NCBI GenBank assembly: GCA_039028615.1
Contig: JBCCHT010000001.1
Span: forward strand, 512,001-576,000
Direction of reading: 5' to 3'
Length of the DNA: 64,000 nt
Origin: Myxococcota bacterium
Lineage (GTDB): Bacteria; Myxococcota_A; Polyangia; Nannocystales; Nannocystaceae
Below are positions 10,530 through 21,817 of this stretch, piece after piece. Made by a program: the position numbers and the translations under genes. The notes beneath the pieces were generated by a model. That model was not told the origin of the DNA. It did not search any database and saw only the letters and a list, made by a program, of their open reading frames with translations. Every line of letters starts with the position of its first letter. The stretch's first letter is position 1.

Positions 10530-11399
10530 ATGGCCGGCAAGCGACGCTCGGTCGTCATCACCGGGGCCTCCTCGGGCATCGGACGCGCCGCCGCCGAGGC
10601 GCTCATCGCCGAGGGTTTTCACGTGTTCGGGAGCGTGCGCACGCAAGAGGATGCCGAAGCGCTACGCCGCGCCTTGGGCAGCTCGGTGACTCCGCTCCTG
10701 TTCGACGTGACCTCGCGCGAGGGCATCGCCGATGCGGTCACCACCGTACGCGAGGCCATCGGCTCCACCACCTTGAGCGGGCTGGTGAACAACGCGGGCG
10801 TGGCCGTGCCCGGGCCTCTGATGCACCTCGACCTCGACGAGCTCCGCGGACAGTTCGAGATCAACGTCATCGGGCTGCTCGCGGTGACCCAGGCCTTCTT
10901 GCCCTTGCTCGGGGCGAGCCGAAACCCACCCGGGGCGCCGGGTCGGATCGTCAACATCAGCTCGATGAGCGGCCGCATGGTGGTGCCCTTCCTCGGGGCC
11001 TACGCAGCGTCGAAGCACGCGGTCGAGGCCATGTCCGACGCGCTCCGCTGCGAGCTGATGGTCTACGGCATCGACGTCCTGCTGATCGAGCCGGGGTCGA
11101 TCAAGACCTCGATCTGGGACAAGGCCGAGGCCGCCGACCTGTCGCCCTACGACGGCACCGACTACGCCGACATCTTGAAGCGCTTCCGAGCCAACGCGGT
11201 CCAGGCGGGGCGCAACAGCCTCGAGACCAGCCACGTCACCGGGCCCATCGTCGAGGCACTGACCTCCGACAAGCCGCGGACTCGCTATCCACTGCCCAAC
11301 AACGTGTGGATGGGCTGGCGAATCCCGCGGTTGATGCCGGACCGATGGGCGGACCGCATGGTCACCCAGCGGCTCGGGCTGCGTCGCTTCCGTCGCTGA
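10530..11399 (+). CDS. Short-chain dehydrogenase/reductase (retinol/17beta-HSD-like)
   Basis: TGASSGIG, NNAG, YAASK and IEPG motifs; starts 3 nt after the previous SDR. Confidence 0.92.
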   Translation: MAGKRRSVVITGASSGIGRAAAEALIAEGFHVFGSVRTQEDAEALRRALGSSVTPLLFDVTSREGIADAVTTVREAIGSTTLSGLVNNAGVAVPGPLMHLDLDELRGQFEINVIGLLAVTQAFLPLLGASRNPPGAPGRIVNISSMSGRMVVPFLGAYAASKHAVEAMSDALRCELMVYGIDVLLIEPGSIKTSIWDKAEAADLSPYDGTDYADILKRFRANAVQAGRNSLETSHVTGPIVEALTSDKPRTRYPLPNNVWMGWRIPRLMPDRWADRMVTQRLGLRRFRR

Positions 11400-11402
11400 G
11401 GC

Positions 11403-14400
11403 TCAACCCGGGGCATGGCCGACCGAGCGCAGCCACTGCTCGACCTCGGTGAGCGGTGAGCCTTCGCCGCGCTCCATGTCTCGCTCGAGGTAGGTCGCCC
11501 GGGCCGTGCGCGCCAGCTCGAGCGCGCGCCCTCGCTGCTCGGGGTCGGGCCACAGCGCCTCGGCGAGCTTCGCCTGCGCCTCGGCGATGGTCTCCGGCGC
11601 CATCGTGCCCGACTCGCGCAAGCGCAGCGCTCGTTCCAGCGCCTGCCGTGCCCCCGTGGGATCGCCCAGGGCCGTGCGGGCGCAGCCCAGACCGAACAGG
11701 GCGAAGCTCAGGTGCGGGTGGTCGGGTCCGAGGCCCTGCTCGAGGATCGCCAGCGCCCGCGTGTCGTCGTGCGCCGCCCCCTCGTAGTCCTCGAGTTCGA
11801 TCTTCGCCAGCGCCATGTTGCTCAGCGTCATCGCGGTATTGGGATGGTCGTCGCCGAACGAGGCCGACATCCTCTTCAGCGCCACCTCGAAGCGCAGCAG
11901 GGCCTGCTCGGGGCGAAGGGCCCTACGATGGATCTGGGCGATGTTGCCGTCCGCCACCGCGACGCGCGGGTGCTCCTCCCCCATGATGGTGATGAAGATC
12001 GACTGCGCCCGCTCGAGCGAACGAATGGCCTCGTCGAAGCGCCCCAGCTCGGCCAGCACGATGGCGTGGTTGTTGAGCACATCGGCGAGCCCGAGCGAGT
12101 CTTCCTGCTCGTTGGCATCGATGATCTCGAGCGCGCGCTGGTAGTGCTCGGCCGAGGTCTCGTAGTCGCCCAGCTTGCGGTGAGCGATGCCCAGCCTCGA
12201 GTGACACGAGGCCACCTCGGGATGCCGAGGGCCGAACGACTCCTCGAGGATGCGAAGGGAGCGGCCGATCAATGCCAACGCGGACTCGGAGTCGCCCAGC
12301 TCGAGCTGGATGTCGGCGATGCTCTGGAGCGAGGAGACGACCTCCGGGTGGTCCGGGCCCACGACGCCTTCGATCAAGGCCCGCGCGAGCTGGAACTGCT
12401 CCATCGCCTCGGGCAGGTGGTTTTGGTTGCGCAGGGCCCAGGCGAGCTCGCGACGAATCGAGCCGCGCTGCAGATCGCCCAGCTCGTTGTCGGCCGCCAG
12501 CGTGAGCGCTTCCCGAAGCAGGCGCAGCGCCTCGTCGAAGTCGGCCCGCTCGTTCGCCAGCGAAGCCGCCTCTTGCCGCAGACGTACGCCCAGGCGCCCT
12601 CGCTGCGCGCCCAGCCGATCGACGCGGGCGCGGGCCTGGGCCAGCCAGTGCGCTGCGGCTTCAATGCGATGGCGATTGTTGGCCAGGTTGACCCGCGACA
12701 GCGCGACGCGAGCGGCCAGCTCGTCGAGGCCATGCTCCACCGCCAGCGCGTAGGCAGCCTCGAACTCGGCCTCGGCGTCGTCGAAGCGAGCCAGGTGATG
12801 CAGCGCCCGACCGAGCTCGAAGCGCGCCTCCGCGGACAACGGGGCAAAGCCCAGGGTTTGGGCCCGCTCGACGACCCCCGCGGCTCGGGTCCGAGCTTCG
12901 TCGTAGCGGGCGGCATACTGCATGGCTCTGGCGGCCGCGAGCTCGTCCCGCAGCATCGAGACCTCGGCGGCGAGGCCGGGATCGGCCGGCACCGCGCGCT
13001 CCCCCTCCCCGGCGTCCGGGCCCAGGCACGGATCGATCGGAGTCAGCCGACCGGTGGCCGCGATCGCATCGCGCGACACGACGGCGTCGGCGGAACCGAG
13101 CACGTCGACCAAGGCCCGCATCTCCGTGCGGCGCCGCTCGAGGCAATCCATGCTCCGGTCGAAGCCAACGGACGACTCGGCCTGCTCCGTGTTCGCCTGG
13201 CAAGCCTGGGCGTAGCCGTCGTTCCATCGCTGGGCGTAGTCGTCGAGCCGTCGCTCCACCGCATCCGCCGTGGCCTGGGTGTACGACAGATCGAGCCCGC
13301 GCAGCGTGTCGCCGACCGCCGCCCGGCGCTGCTCGTCCCAGACGCCATCGAGTTTGGTCTCGGCATCGGCACAAGGATCATGCGTGGGTCGACGGCTCGC
13401 GACCGCGACCCCGAGACCGACCAGCACGAGGGCCGCGCCCGCGACGGCGAGACCGGCTCCCAGCGGGCGCGCACGCCGAGTCCGGCGAAGCGCGGCGAGC
13501 AGGTCTTCCATCGACGCGAAGCGATCGGCGGGGCGAGGCGCGAGGCCCTGCATCAAGACTCGCGTGAGCGTGGGTGGCCCGACCGGTTGCTTGGGCGGCT
13601 CGGGCAGGGTCGCCTTGGCCGCTCGCAGCTTCGCGTGGTCCCGCCCCTGGAAGGGCCGCTCCCCGTACAGCCCCTCCCACAAGGACACGCAGAACGCATA
13701 CTGATCGGAGCGAGCCTCGGGCACGCCGAAGACGAACTGCTCGGGCGCCATATAGGCCGGGGTACCGAGCACGAGACCGGTCTGGGTGAGGCTGGCCGAG
13801 CCGACGTCGATCGAGGACGAGCTCGATACGAGCTCACGATCCGCGGATGAACGCAGCTCCGGCCCGAAGTCGACCCCGACGGAGCTGGACTCGTCGATGG
13901 GTCGAGCGAGCCCGAAGTCGAGGACGCGCACCCGACCGTCGTCGCCGACCATGACGTTGGCCGGCTTGAAATCGCGATGCACCAGGCCCATGCGATGCGC
14001 GGCCGCCAGCCCCTCGCCCGCGGCCAGGAAGTGCTCCACGACGTCCTGCCAGCGTCGCGACGACGCCCGCAGCCAGCTCGAGAGCGTGCGCCCCTGCACC
14101 ATCTCCATGGCCACGAACACCACGCCCGCGTGCTCGCCCACGTCGTACACGGGCACCACGTTCGGGTGGGACAGCTGGGCCATCGCCCGAGCCTCCCGCA
14201 TCAGCCGTTGCCGGGCGGTGGACTCGAGCGCCCGCTGCAGCAGCTTGATGGCGACCTCGCGCTGGAGCTCGGTGTCGAGCGCCCGCATCACCCAGCCCAT
14301 GCCGCCGCGCCCGAGATTCGCCAGCAGCAGGTATCGCCCCACCGAGTCGCCGATCCCGAACGAAGGCTCGGGCGAGGCGTTCGGCCGCCCGCCCACGGCA

Positions 14401-14528
14401 GAGAGGGTCTGCCCCGCCACGTCCGACGCGATCGCCCCCCCGGCCGCCGACTCGAGGTCTCGCGTCGGCACGTCTTCGCCGCGCTCGGTCTCTCCTACGA
14501 GAGCAGGCATCGGAGACGAGGACGACAT
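11403..14528 (-). CDS. Hanks-type Ser/Thr protein kinase with TM helix and C-terminal TPR array
   Basis: LGRGGMG, VAIK, HRDFKPAN, DFG and YMAPE motifs, a TM, then repeated 'G..HP.VA..L.N' TPRs. Confidence 0.95.
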   Translation of the reverse strand: MSSSSPMPALVGETERGEDVPTRDLESAAGGAIASDVAGQTLSAVGGRPNASPEPSFGIGDSVGRYLLLANLGRGGMGWVMRALDTELQREVAIKLLQRALESTARQRLMREARAMAQLSHPNVVPVYDVGEHAGVVFVAMEMVQGRTLSSWLRASSRRWQDVVEHFLAAGEGLAAAHRMGLVHRDFKPANVMVGDDGRVRVLDFGLARPIDESSSVGVDFGPELRSSADRELVSSSSSIDVGSASLTQTGLVLGTPAYMAPEQFVFGVPEARSDQYAFCVSLWEGLYGERPFQGRDHAKLRAAKATLPEPPKQPVGPPTLTRVLMQGLAPRPADRFASMEDLLAALRRTRRARPLGAGLAVAGAALVLVGLGVAVASRRPTHDPCADAETKLDGVWDEQRRAAVGDTLRGLDLSYTQATADAVERRLDDYAQRWNDGYAQACQANTEQAESSVGFDRSMDCLERRRTEMRALVDVLGSADAVVSRDAIAATGRLTPIDPCLGPDAGEGERAVPADPGLAAEVSMLRDELAAARAMQYAARYDEARTRAAGVVERAQTLGFAPLSAEARFELGRALHHLARFDDAEAEFEAAYALAVEHGLDELAARVALSRVNLANNRHRIEAAAHWLAQARARVDRLGAQRGRLGVRLRQEAASLANERADFDEALRLLREALTLAADNELGDLQRGSIRRELAWALRNQNHLPEAMEQFQLARALIEGVVGPDHPEVVSSLQSIADIQLELGDSESALALIGRSLRILEESFGPRHPEVASCHSRLGIAHRKLGDYETSAEHYQRALEIIDANEQEDSLGLADVLNNHAIVLAELGRFDEAIRSLERAQSIFITIMGEEHPRVAVADGNIAQIHRRALRPEQALLRFEVALKRMSASFGDDHPNTAMTLSNMALAKIELEDYEGAAHDDTRALAILEQGLGPDHPHLSFALFGLGCARTALGDPTGARQALERALRLRESGTMAPETIAEAQAKLAEALWPDPEQRGRALELARTARATYLERDMERGEGSPLTEVEQWLRSVGHAPG

Positions 14529-14645
14529 CCCTGTCTCCGAAGATAACGCACCGCGCCGACGACGGGCACGCTCGACCCGGGGGGCCGCTCGTGAGGGAAA
14601 GCGGTCGTCACCGCACGGGACGAAGTACCCGCTACGAAACGAACT

Positions 14646-15974
14646 TCAGAAGCACTGAAGGGCGTTGACCTCGTCGATGTACCAGCCCTGCTCGAAGCCG
14701 CAGCAGTCGTCGAAGGTGTCGTACTCGAAGCGAAGCCGGCCGGGGAACCCCAGGTACTCGGACGAGTCGATCTCGATGTCGTCCCAGTCCGCCTCGCCGC
14801 GCGCGCTGTCTTCGTTCTGGCAAAACGGCAGGTCGGCGTTGGGGCCCGCGTAGCAGTCGACCAGCGCGTTCCAGGTCACCCCGTTGTTGATCGACACCAG
14901 CACGCGCTTGTTGTCGTAGGACTCGTCGCCTCCTTCGTCGACGTGCCAGGAGCGAAAGCGGATCGTCTCCCGGATGACGAAGGGCGTGGAGGTCGCGCGG
15001 GACGTCTCCACCTCGGTGCCCGGATAGGGCGCGACTCGATTGCCGTCGGTGCCGATGACCGCGCCCTGCGTGGCGAACTCCAGCCCTCCCCAGTCCTCGC
15101 TCACCGGAGCGCCAGTGTAGAGGGCCCAGCCGCCGTCCATCTCCCAGCCGTCGATGTGCTCCTCGTCCGAGAAGGTGAGGCGGCAATCGCAGCTATTGGT
15201 GCAGCCGTCGTCCGCGTCCTCGTTGCCGTCGTCGCACTCCTCGGCCTCGAGGTGGCGGATCCCATCGCCACAGCTGGCCATGGTGCAGTCGGTGAGGCAG
15301 TCGTCGCCGTCGACCCCGTTGGCGTCGTCGCACTCCTCGGCGCCCTCCTGGACGAAGCCATCGCCGCAGCTCGCCACGAGGCAGGTGCTCAGGCAGCCGT
15401 CGGTGTCGACGTCGTTGCCGTCGTCGCACGCCTCGCCGACCTGGATCTCTCCGTCGCCACACGTCGCGATCGCGCAGTCGTTACCGCACTCGTCGTCATC
15501 GACGTCGTTGCCGTCGTCGCACGCCTCGCCCGGGCCCACCGCTCCGTCGCCGCAGAACTGCGCCGTGCAATCGGCCTTGCAGATGCCGTCGTCGGAGTTG
15601 TCCGAACCTTGGTCGCACTCTTCTCCCTGATCGATCCATCCGTCACCACAGGTCCCGACCGACAGCACACAGACTCCGTCGTCGCAGCGCAGGCCGGGAT
15701 CACAGGCCCCGCCCAGCGTGCAGTCACAGCCCATCGACCCGACTTCACAGTCCTCGGGATCGATCGGCGGAGGATCGGGCATCGGCGGCTGCGGCCGAGG
15801 ATCGTCTTCTTTTCCGCCCCCGCTCTCGCCCTCGCCCGGCTCCCACGCGGCGGAGGTCCCGAAGGTGCTCTCTCCCGACGCGCAGCCGACCATCGCAAAC
15901 GCCACCACGGCCGCCCACGCCACCCAGGCGTAGCGACCTCGCGTGCGACGGACGGGGCGCCCATCGCCATGCAT
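14646..15974 (-). CDS. Lipoprotein with Myxococcus cysteine-rich repeats (DUF4215-like) and C-terminal beta-sandwich domain
   Basis: Five CGDG...E.CDDGN...D.C repeats, lipobox AMVGC and C-terminal GWYIDEV. Start uncertain. Confidence 0.8.
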   Translation of the reverse strand: MHGDGRPVRRTRGRYAWVAWAAVVAFAMVGCASGESTFGTSAAWEPGEGESGGGKEDDPRPQPPMPDPPPIDPEDCEVGSMGCDCTLGGACDPGLRCDDGVCVLSVGTCGDGWIDQGEECDQGSDNSDDGICKADCTAQFCGDGAVGPGEACDDGNDVDDDECGNDCAIATCGDGEIQVGEACDDGNDVDTDGCLSTCLVASCGDGFVQEGAEECDDANGVDGDDCLTDCTMASCGDGIRHLEAEECDDGNEDADDGCTNSCDCRLTFSDEEHIDGWEMDGGWALYTGAPVSEDWGGLEFATQGAVIGTDGNRVAPYPGTEVETSRATSTPFVIRETIRFRSWHVDEGGDESYDNKRVLVSINNGVTWNALVDCYAGPNADLPFCQNEDSARGEADWDDIEIDSSEYLGFPGRLRFEYDTFDDCCGFEQGWYIDEVNALQCF

Positions 15975-16178
15975 TCCGCAGTGAAGACTCGTGGTCGTCG
16001 AACTCGTCGTACCCATCGTGCGCAACCCACCAATGACGGGAACGAGAGCAGACGACACGCCGACGCCTCTACTCGTCACGATGGACGCACGCGACGCGCC
16101 CTCCGTGAGCCTCCCTCCCATCGAGGAGTCACCCACCGCGGAGGTGAGTATTCGTCCTACCCCCAACTTTTTTCGAGA

Positions 16179-17192
16179 TTACGGGAGCGCGAGCGAATTC
16201 GCGGCGCCAGGGCCCATTTCCTCGAAGATCTCGGGGAGCAGGCACGCCCCGAGCCAGTCGAACTCGGGATCATCTTGGTAGTTCCATACCGGAAAAAACT
16301 CGCAGGTCGTGCCGGGCGTGGCGCACTCGGGCGCCTGCAGATCGCACCACTCGGTGCAGCAGCGCTCGCCGCTGCAGTCGGGCAGCCAATCGGCGGGCGC
16401 GCACAGCTTGCCCTCCCCGCACTGCCCGAAATCACACTCGGCGCCGACCGGCAGATCGGTCTCGGGCGGCACCGACCAGCACTTCATCGAGCCATACAAC
16501 CACGCCGGATAGAAGGTGCACTGCATCCCGTCGGGACACGTGCTCGGCACCAGCGGCTGGCATTCGTAGTGCAGGCACGCGGCGGGAAAATCCGAGCCGT
16601 TCTCCACCGCCAGGTCCGTGCCCGGGTACGCGTCGCAGCCGTAGTCGTCGCCGACGAAGGGGGCACAGAAGCCATGATCGGCGGTGCCGTAGACCTCGAG
16701 GCAATACGACTCGGGCCCGCAATCGTCGGTGATCTCGAAGCCGATTCCGTTGGGGAGGCTGCACGGCTCGAAGGGCTCGCGGTCTCCGGTCACCTCGATG
16801 CACCGCGACCAGTTGCGTCGGCCAAAGCCGGGCCGAAGCTCGGCCCACACGCACTTTTGACCGGCGGGGCAATCCTGGTCGACCACGCTGCACTCGATCG
16901 GCGGCGGGCCACCGTCCGGGTCGCAGATGAAGGGGCACGAGTCGGTCCCTTCGTCCACGGGTCCGCTCTCCATCGCGGCCGCAGTGGAGCCGACGCTGGT
17001 CCCCGTCGCGTTGCCGGCCGATGTCGCGGCGCTCGTGCTCCCGTCCACGCTCGGCGAACCGCTCGTGCTGCCGACGCTCACCTCGCTCGTCGAGCCCCCG
17101 CCGTCGGCGGTCGGAACGACGGCGCGATCCGAGCAGCCGACGAACAGGCCCGCACTCAGCCCGCATGCCGTCAGGACTCTGCGCGAAACCAT
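16179..17192 (-). CDS. Cys-rich secreted lipoprotein (paralog family of 19787, 49773, 50813)
   Basis: Lipobox LFVGC, Ser/Thr/Gly linker, 'C...QDCP.G.KC.W' and 'CC..CDL...C....C' blocks. Confidence 0.75.
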   Translation of the reverse strand: MVSRRVLTACGLSAGLFVGCSDRAVVPTADGGGSTSEVSVGSTSGSPSVDGSTSAATSAGNATGTSVGSTAAAMESGPVDEGTDSCPFICDPDGGPPPIECSVVDQDCPAGQKCVWAELRPGFGRRNWSRCIEVTGDREPFEPCSLPNGIGFEITDDCGPESYCLEVYGTADHGFCAPFVGDDYGCDAYPGTDLAVENGSDFPAACLHYECQPLVPSTCPDGMQCTFYPAWLYGSMKCWSVPPETDLPVGAECDFGQCGEGKLCAPADWLPDCSGERCCTEWCDLQAPECATPGTTCEFFPVWNYQDDPEFDWLGACLLPEIFEEMGPGAANSLALP

Positions 17193-17268
17193 ATTCAATG
17201 CATATCACACAAAACTAACCCTCAACAGGGCTCGAATCGTACGTGCGGGAGGCCTTCCGCGACGCCTC

Positions 17269-18867
17269 TCAGCGACGGAACCGACGGAACAGCCGCGCGG
17301 GCATGCTCCACAGCAGGTCCGCCCCCGGATAGCCGAAGGCCCGAAGCACGCGAGCGTAGACGAGAAAGCCGACGCCGATGAGCACGAGCAGCACGGGCGC
17401 GAGCACATAGACGGGCCAGTCGCTCAACCCCAGCTGCGGCGCGAGCTCGGTCGCACCCCACCACGCCCCGAACACCACCGCCCCCATCACCGCATTGGCG
17501 CACAGCAGCGCGCCCGCCCGGGCCAGTCGTCGCTCGACCGGCAGCGCCCCGACGATCCGCGAGAAGGCGACGCGCAGCACGAAGATGTTGGTCAACGCCC
17601 CGAGCCCGGTCCCGAGCGCGATGCCGGGCGTCCCGAGCCGCTCGTGGGTCAGGGCATTGAACACGATGTTGACCGCCACCGCGCTCGCCGAAGCCAGCAG
17701 CGGGATGCGGGGGCGGTCGATCGTATAGAAGGCGGGCGCGAAGATCTTGACCAGGCTGTAGGGCAACAGACCCAGCATGTACGCCTGCAGCACGAAGCCG
17801 ATGGCCTCCGCGTCGGCGACCGAGGTCGCGCCGTGGGCATAGACCAGCCGGGTCACGGGCACCGCGAGCACGAGCAAGCCCACCGCCGAGGCGCTGGTGA
17901 GCATGAGACCCGCGCTGGCGCTCTCAGCCACCCGCGCGAGCAGAGCGCTGCGATCCCCCTTGGCGGCTTCCTCGGAGACGTGCGTCGTGGTCACCGTGGC
18001 CAGAGCGACGCCGAACACCCCGAGCGGCAAGAAGAACAAGCGGAAGGCGTAGCTCAGCTGAGCCACCGCCCCGTCGCTCAGCGAGCCGGCGAAGCGCGTA
18101 TTGACGAAGATGTTGATCTGCACCGCGGCCAGGCCGACGAGCGCGGGGGCCATGAGCCGAGCGATGCGACGAATGCCGGGGTCGTTCCAGACCCCGCGCA
18201 GGCGCAGCCATGGCCGGTAGCCCAGGCGCCACAGCGACGGCAGCTGCAGGCCGGCCTGGGCCGCACCCGCGGCCAGCGTGCCCATGCTCCAGTACATCAC
18301 GCCCTGCTCGACCGGTGCCCCGAGCAGCCACACCACCGCTCCGGCGACGATGCTGACCACGTTGAACAGCGCGGGCGCCAGGGCGGGCATGACGAAGCGT
18401 CGGCGGGCGTTGAGCATGCCCATCCACACCGCGCCCAGCGTCACCAACGAGAGGATGGGCATCATCACCCGCGCGAGCCGAGCGGCCAGGGCCACCTTGT
18501 GCTCGTCACCGCCGAAGCCCTCGGACATCAGGATGACGATCTCCTCGCTCCACACCATGCCCGCGAGGGTGAGGGTGCCGGTCAGGATGAGCTGCACCGA
18601 CAGCAGCAGGTTGCCCAGCGCATGCGCTCGCTCCTCGCCCTCGTTGTGCAGCGCCGCGGTGAAGGTCGGCACGAACGCGCTGGACAGCGCGCCCTCGGCC
18701 AGCAGGTCCCGCAGCAAGTTGGGGATGCGGAAGGCGACCGTGTACGAGTCGGCCACTCCGCCCGCGCCGAACAGCGCAGCAAAGACGATCTCGCGCACCA
18801 GGCCGAGCACCCGCGAGCCGAGGACGGCGACGGAAACACGACCGGTCGAACGGAGGGCCTGAGCCAC
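17269..18867 (-). CDS. murJ: Lipid II flippase MurJ
   Basis: SRVLGLVRE, AFRIPNLLRDLLAEGALSSAFVP and YAFRLFFLPLG motifs; many TM segments. Confidence 0.95.
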   Translation of the reverse strand: MAQALRSTGRVSVAVLGSRVLGLVREIVFAALFGAGGVADSYTVAFRIPNLLRDLLAEGALSSAFVPTFTAALHNEGEERAHALGNLLLSVQLILTGTLTLAGMVWSEEIVILMSEGFGGDEHKVALAARLARVMMPILSLVTLGAVWMGMLNARRRFVMPALAPALFNVVSIVAGAVVWLLGAPVEQGVMYWSMGTLAAGAAQAGLQLPSLWRLGYRPWLRLRGVWNDPGIRRIARLMAPALVGLAAVQINIFVNTRFAGSLSDGAVAQLSYAFRLFFLPLGVFGVALATVTTTHVSEEAAKGDRSALLARVAESASAGLMLTSASAVGLLVLAVPVTRLVYAHGATSVADAEAIGFVLQAYMLGLLPYSLVKIFAPAFYTIDRPRIPLLASASAVAVNIVFNALTHERLGTPGIALGTGLGALTNIFVLRVAFSRIVGALPVERRLARAGALLCANAVMGAVVFGAWWGATELAPQLGLSDWPVYVLAPVLLVLIGVGFLVYARVLRAFGYPGADLLWSMPARLFRRFRR

Positions 18868-18894
18868 GACGACGATGGTGACCCCGCGCGGGGC

Positions 18895-19773
18895 TCAGGT
18901 CGAATTAGCGGCGGGGACGCCCACCTCGGGGACCGGAGGCCACCGCACCTCCACCAGGGTGAGTCCGGCCGCGGGCGCCGTCGGGCCCGCGCGGCGTCGA
19001 TCGGGGTCCGCGAGCAGGTCGGAGATGAGCTCGGGGGGCCGACGGTGCCGGCCGATCTCCACCAGCGTGCCGACCATGATCCGCACCATGTTGTAGAGGA
19101 AGGCCCGGCCCCGCACGTGGATCTGCACGAGGTCGGGGCCCTGCCCCGGGTCGCCGCCGTCGTGGCCTCGCGCGTCGAGTCGCCCCACGTCGCGCGCCGG
19201 ACCGCAGGGCGACGCGCCCCACTCCACCGTGACCGAGTCGATGGTGCGCTCGCTGGTCAGCGACTGGCATCGCGCCCCGCGGAAGCTGCCGTAGTCGTGG
19301 GTGCCCGCGAAGGCCTGCGCCGCCCGATGCATGACGGCGGGATCGACGCGCCGACCCAGGTGCCACTGCCGCGTCGCCGCCAGCGGATCGCGAGCCCGCG
19401 TGCAGCGAATCTCGTAGCGGTAGTGCTTGCCTTGGTTGTGGGCCCGCACGTCGATGCGGTCGCCGTCGGGGCCGTACTGCTCCCACGCCGCCACCACCGT
19501 GAGGTCCCGAGGCAACCGCCCCGACAGCGCTCGCGCGACGGACATCGGCTCGATCTCGAAGGGCGGCTCGTAGGCGACCAGCTGCCCCTGCGCATGCACC
19601 CCCGCGTCCGTTCGCGAAGCGCCGCGGGTGAGCACGGGCTGCTGATAGAGCCGCGTGAGGCCGGCCTCGAGCTCGCCCTGCACGGTCCGAACCGGGCCCT
19701 TGGGTCCGTCGGCCTGGCGGGCGAACCCATGGAAGCCGGCCCCGTGATAGGCGACGCGCAGCAGGATGCTCAT
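18895..19773 (-). CDS. truA: tRNA pseudouridine(38-40) synthase
   Basis: AYHGAGFHGF, ASRTDAGVHAQGQ, FLYNMVRIMVGTL and TAPAAGLTL motifs. Confidence 0.95.
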   Translation of the reverse strand: MSILLRVAYHGAGFHGFARQADGPKGPVRTVQGELEAGLTRLYQQPVLTRGASRTDAGVHAQGQLVAYEPPFEIEPMSVARALSGRLPRDLTVVAAWEQYGPDGDRIDVRAHNQGKHYRYEIRCTRARDPLAATRQWHLGRRVDPAVMHRAAQAFAGTHDYGSFRGARCQSLTSERTIDSVTVEWGASPCGPARDVGRLDARGHDGGDPGQGPDLVQIHVRGRAFLYNMVRIMVGTLVEIGRHRRPPELISDLLADPDRRRAGPTAPAAGLTLVEVRWPPVPEVGVPAANST

Positions 19774-19786
19774 GGGCTCGGGGGGC

Positions 19787-20302
19787 TCAGCTGCCGGTCA
19801 CGCACAAGCCGACGTGCGAGTAGCAGTTGGTCGGATCGTTGGGGAACATCGGCGCGCAGGTCATGCCGGTCCCGCACTGCGGCGCTCCGGTATCGCAGAT
19901 GGCGACGCAGCAGCCGGGGCCACCGCCATCGCAACCGCCCGCGCCCCCGAGCAGGCACGACAGCCCCTCCTCGCAGCCGGACGCGCCGCCGCACGTCTCG
20001 CCCAAGCCCGCTTCCTCGCTGCCCGGCGCCACTGCTTCACACACGAACTCGCCGTCGCTGGCGATGCACTTGTCCGAGTCGGCACAGGCCGACGCGAGGG
20101 GGTCGCAGGCGGGGGACTCGAAGCACGCCGCCGCCTCCGTCTCGCCCATCTGCGGCGTGCCGGTTTCGTCGTTGGCGTCGCTGGTCGCCGAGTCGTCGCC
20201 GGTGTCGATGATGCAGCCACCACTCGACAGCGCCCCTGCGACAGAGACAATGATCACGAACGAGGACACCCACCGGTGCCGTGGACTCGAGGCGGTGTTC
20301 AC
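19787..20302 (-). CDS. Short Cys-rich lipoprotein (C-terminal half of the paralog family)
   Basis: Hydrophobic signal plus GGC, 'CDPLASAC...CC..CD...C..GMTC.P...VGLC'. Start uncertain. Confidence 0.65.
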   Translation of the reverse strand: MNTASSPRHRWVSSFVIIVSVAGALSSGGCIIDTGDDSATSDANDETGTPQMGETEAAACFESPACDPLASACADSDKCIASDGEFVCEAVAPGSEEAGLGETCGGASGCEEGLSCLLGGAGGCDGGGPGCCVAICDTGAPQCGTGMTCAPMFPNDPTNCYSHVGLCVTGS

Positions 20303-20432
20303 TCCTGGCACTGTCGCCGTTGTGCTCAATGAAATCAATGGGTTGCCCGCCGAGCGCGCGGCCCTGCTACCGTCCCGCCACGATGCGACCCCTCGCGGGT
20401 CGAGGGTCGCGAAAAGCGAGGAGAAATTCGGC

Positions 20433-21620
<1,188 letters not shown>

Positions 21621-21817
21621 GTCTTCGGGGCTCCGGGAACGGAGCGATCCGGCGAGGGCTCACGCCGATCTCCGCGGAGACTGGAACCAACCGGGGACAG
21701 GGGGCTGCGGTCCAGGCCGCCGGCAATGGTCGGCGATGTTTCGGGACGCTGGATCACGCAAAATGATGGTGGGCGGTAGCCCCCACCGCCGTTCGGGCGT
21801 GGCACGATCCTCGGCGA

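Noticed and set aside
15170..15660. Regularly spaced repeats resembling a CRISPR array
   Set aside because: They are degenerate in-frame Cys-rich protein repeats, not identical direct repeats with unique spacers, and no cas genes are present.
16927..20211. 1094-aa plus-strand ORF, and similar long ORFs (11712..13850, 14943..17381, 29919..32261, 53967..56402, 61454..63442)
   Set aside because: Arg/Gly/Pro-rich antisense or off-frame shadows of well-supported genes, expected at this GC content.
19827..20432. N-terminal extension of the saccharopine-dehydrogenase-family ORF
   Set aside because: It overlaps the opposite-strand lipoprotein gene; the RBS and Rossmann motif place the start at 20433.
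21621..21817. GC-rich hairpins (GGTGGG...CCCACC) as a terminator or riboswitch
   Set aside because: No U-tract, and stems this short are expected by chance at this GC content.
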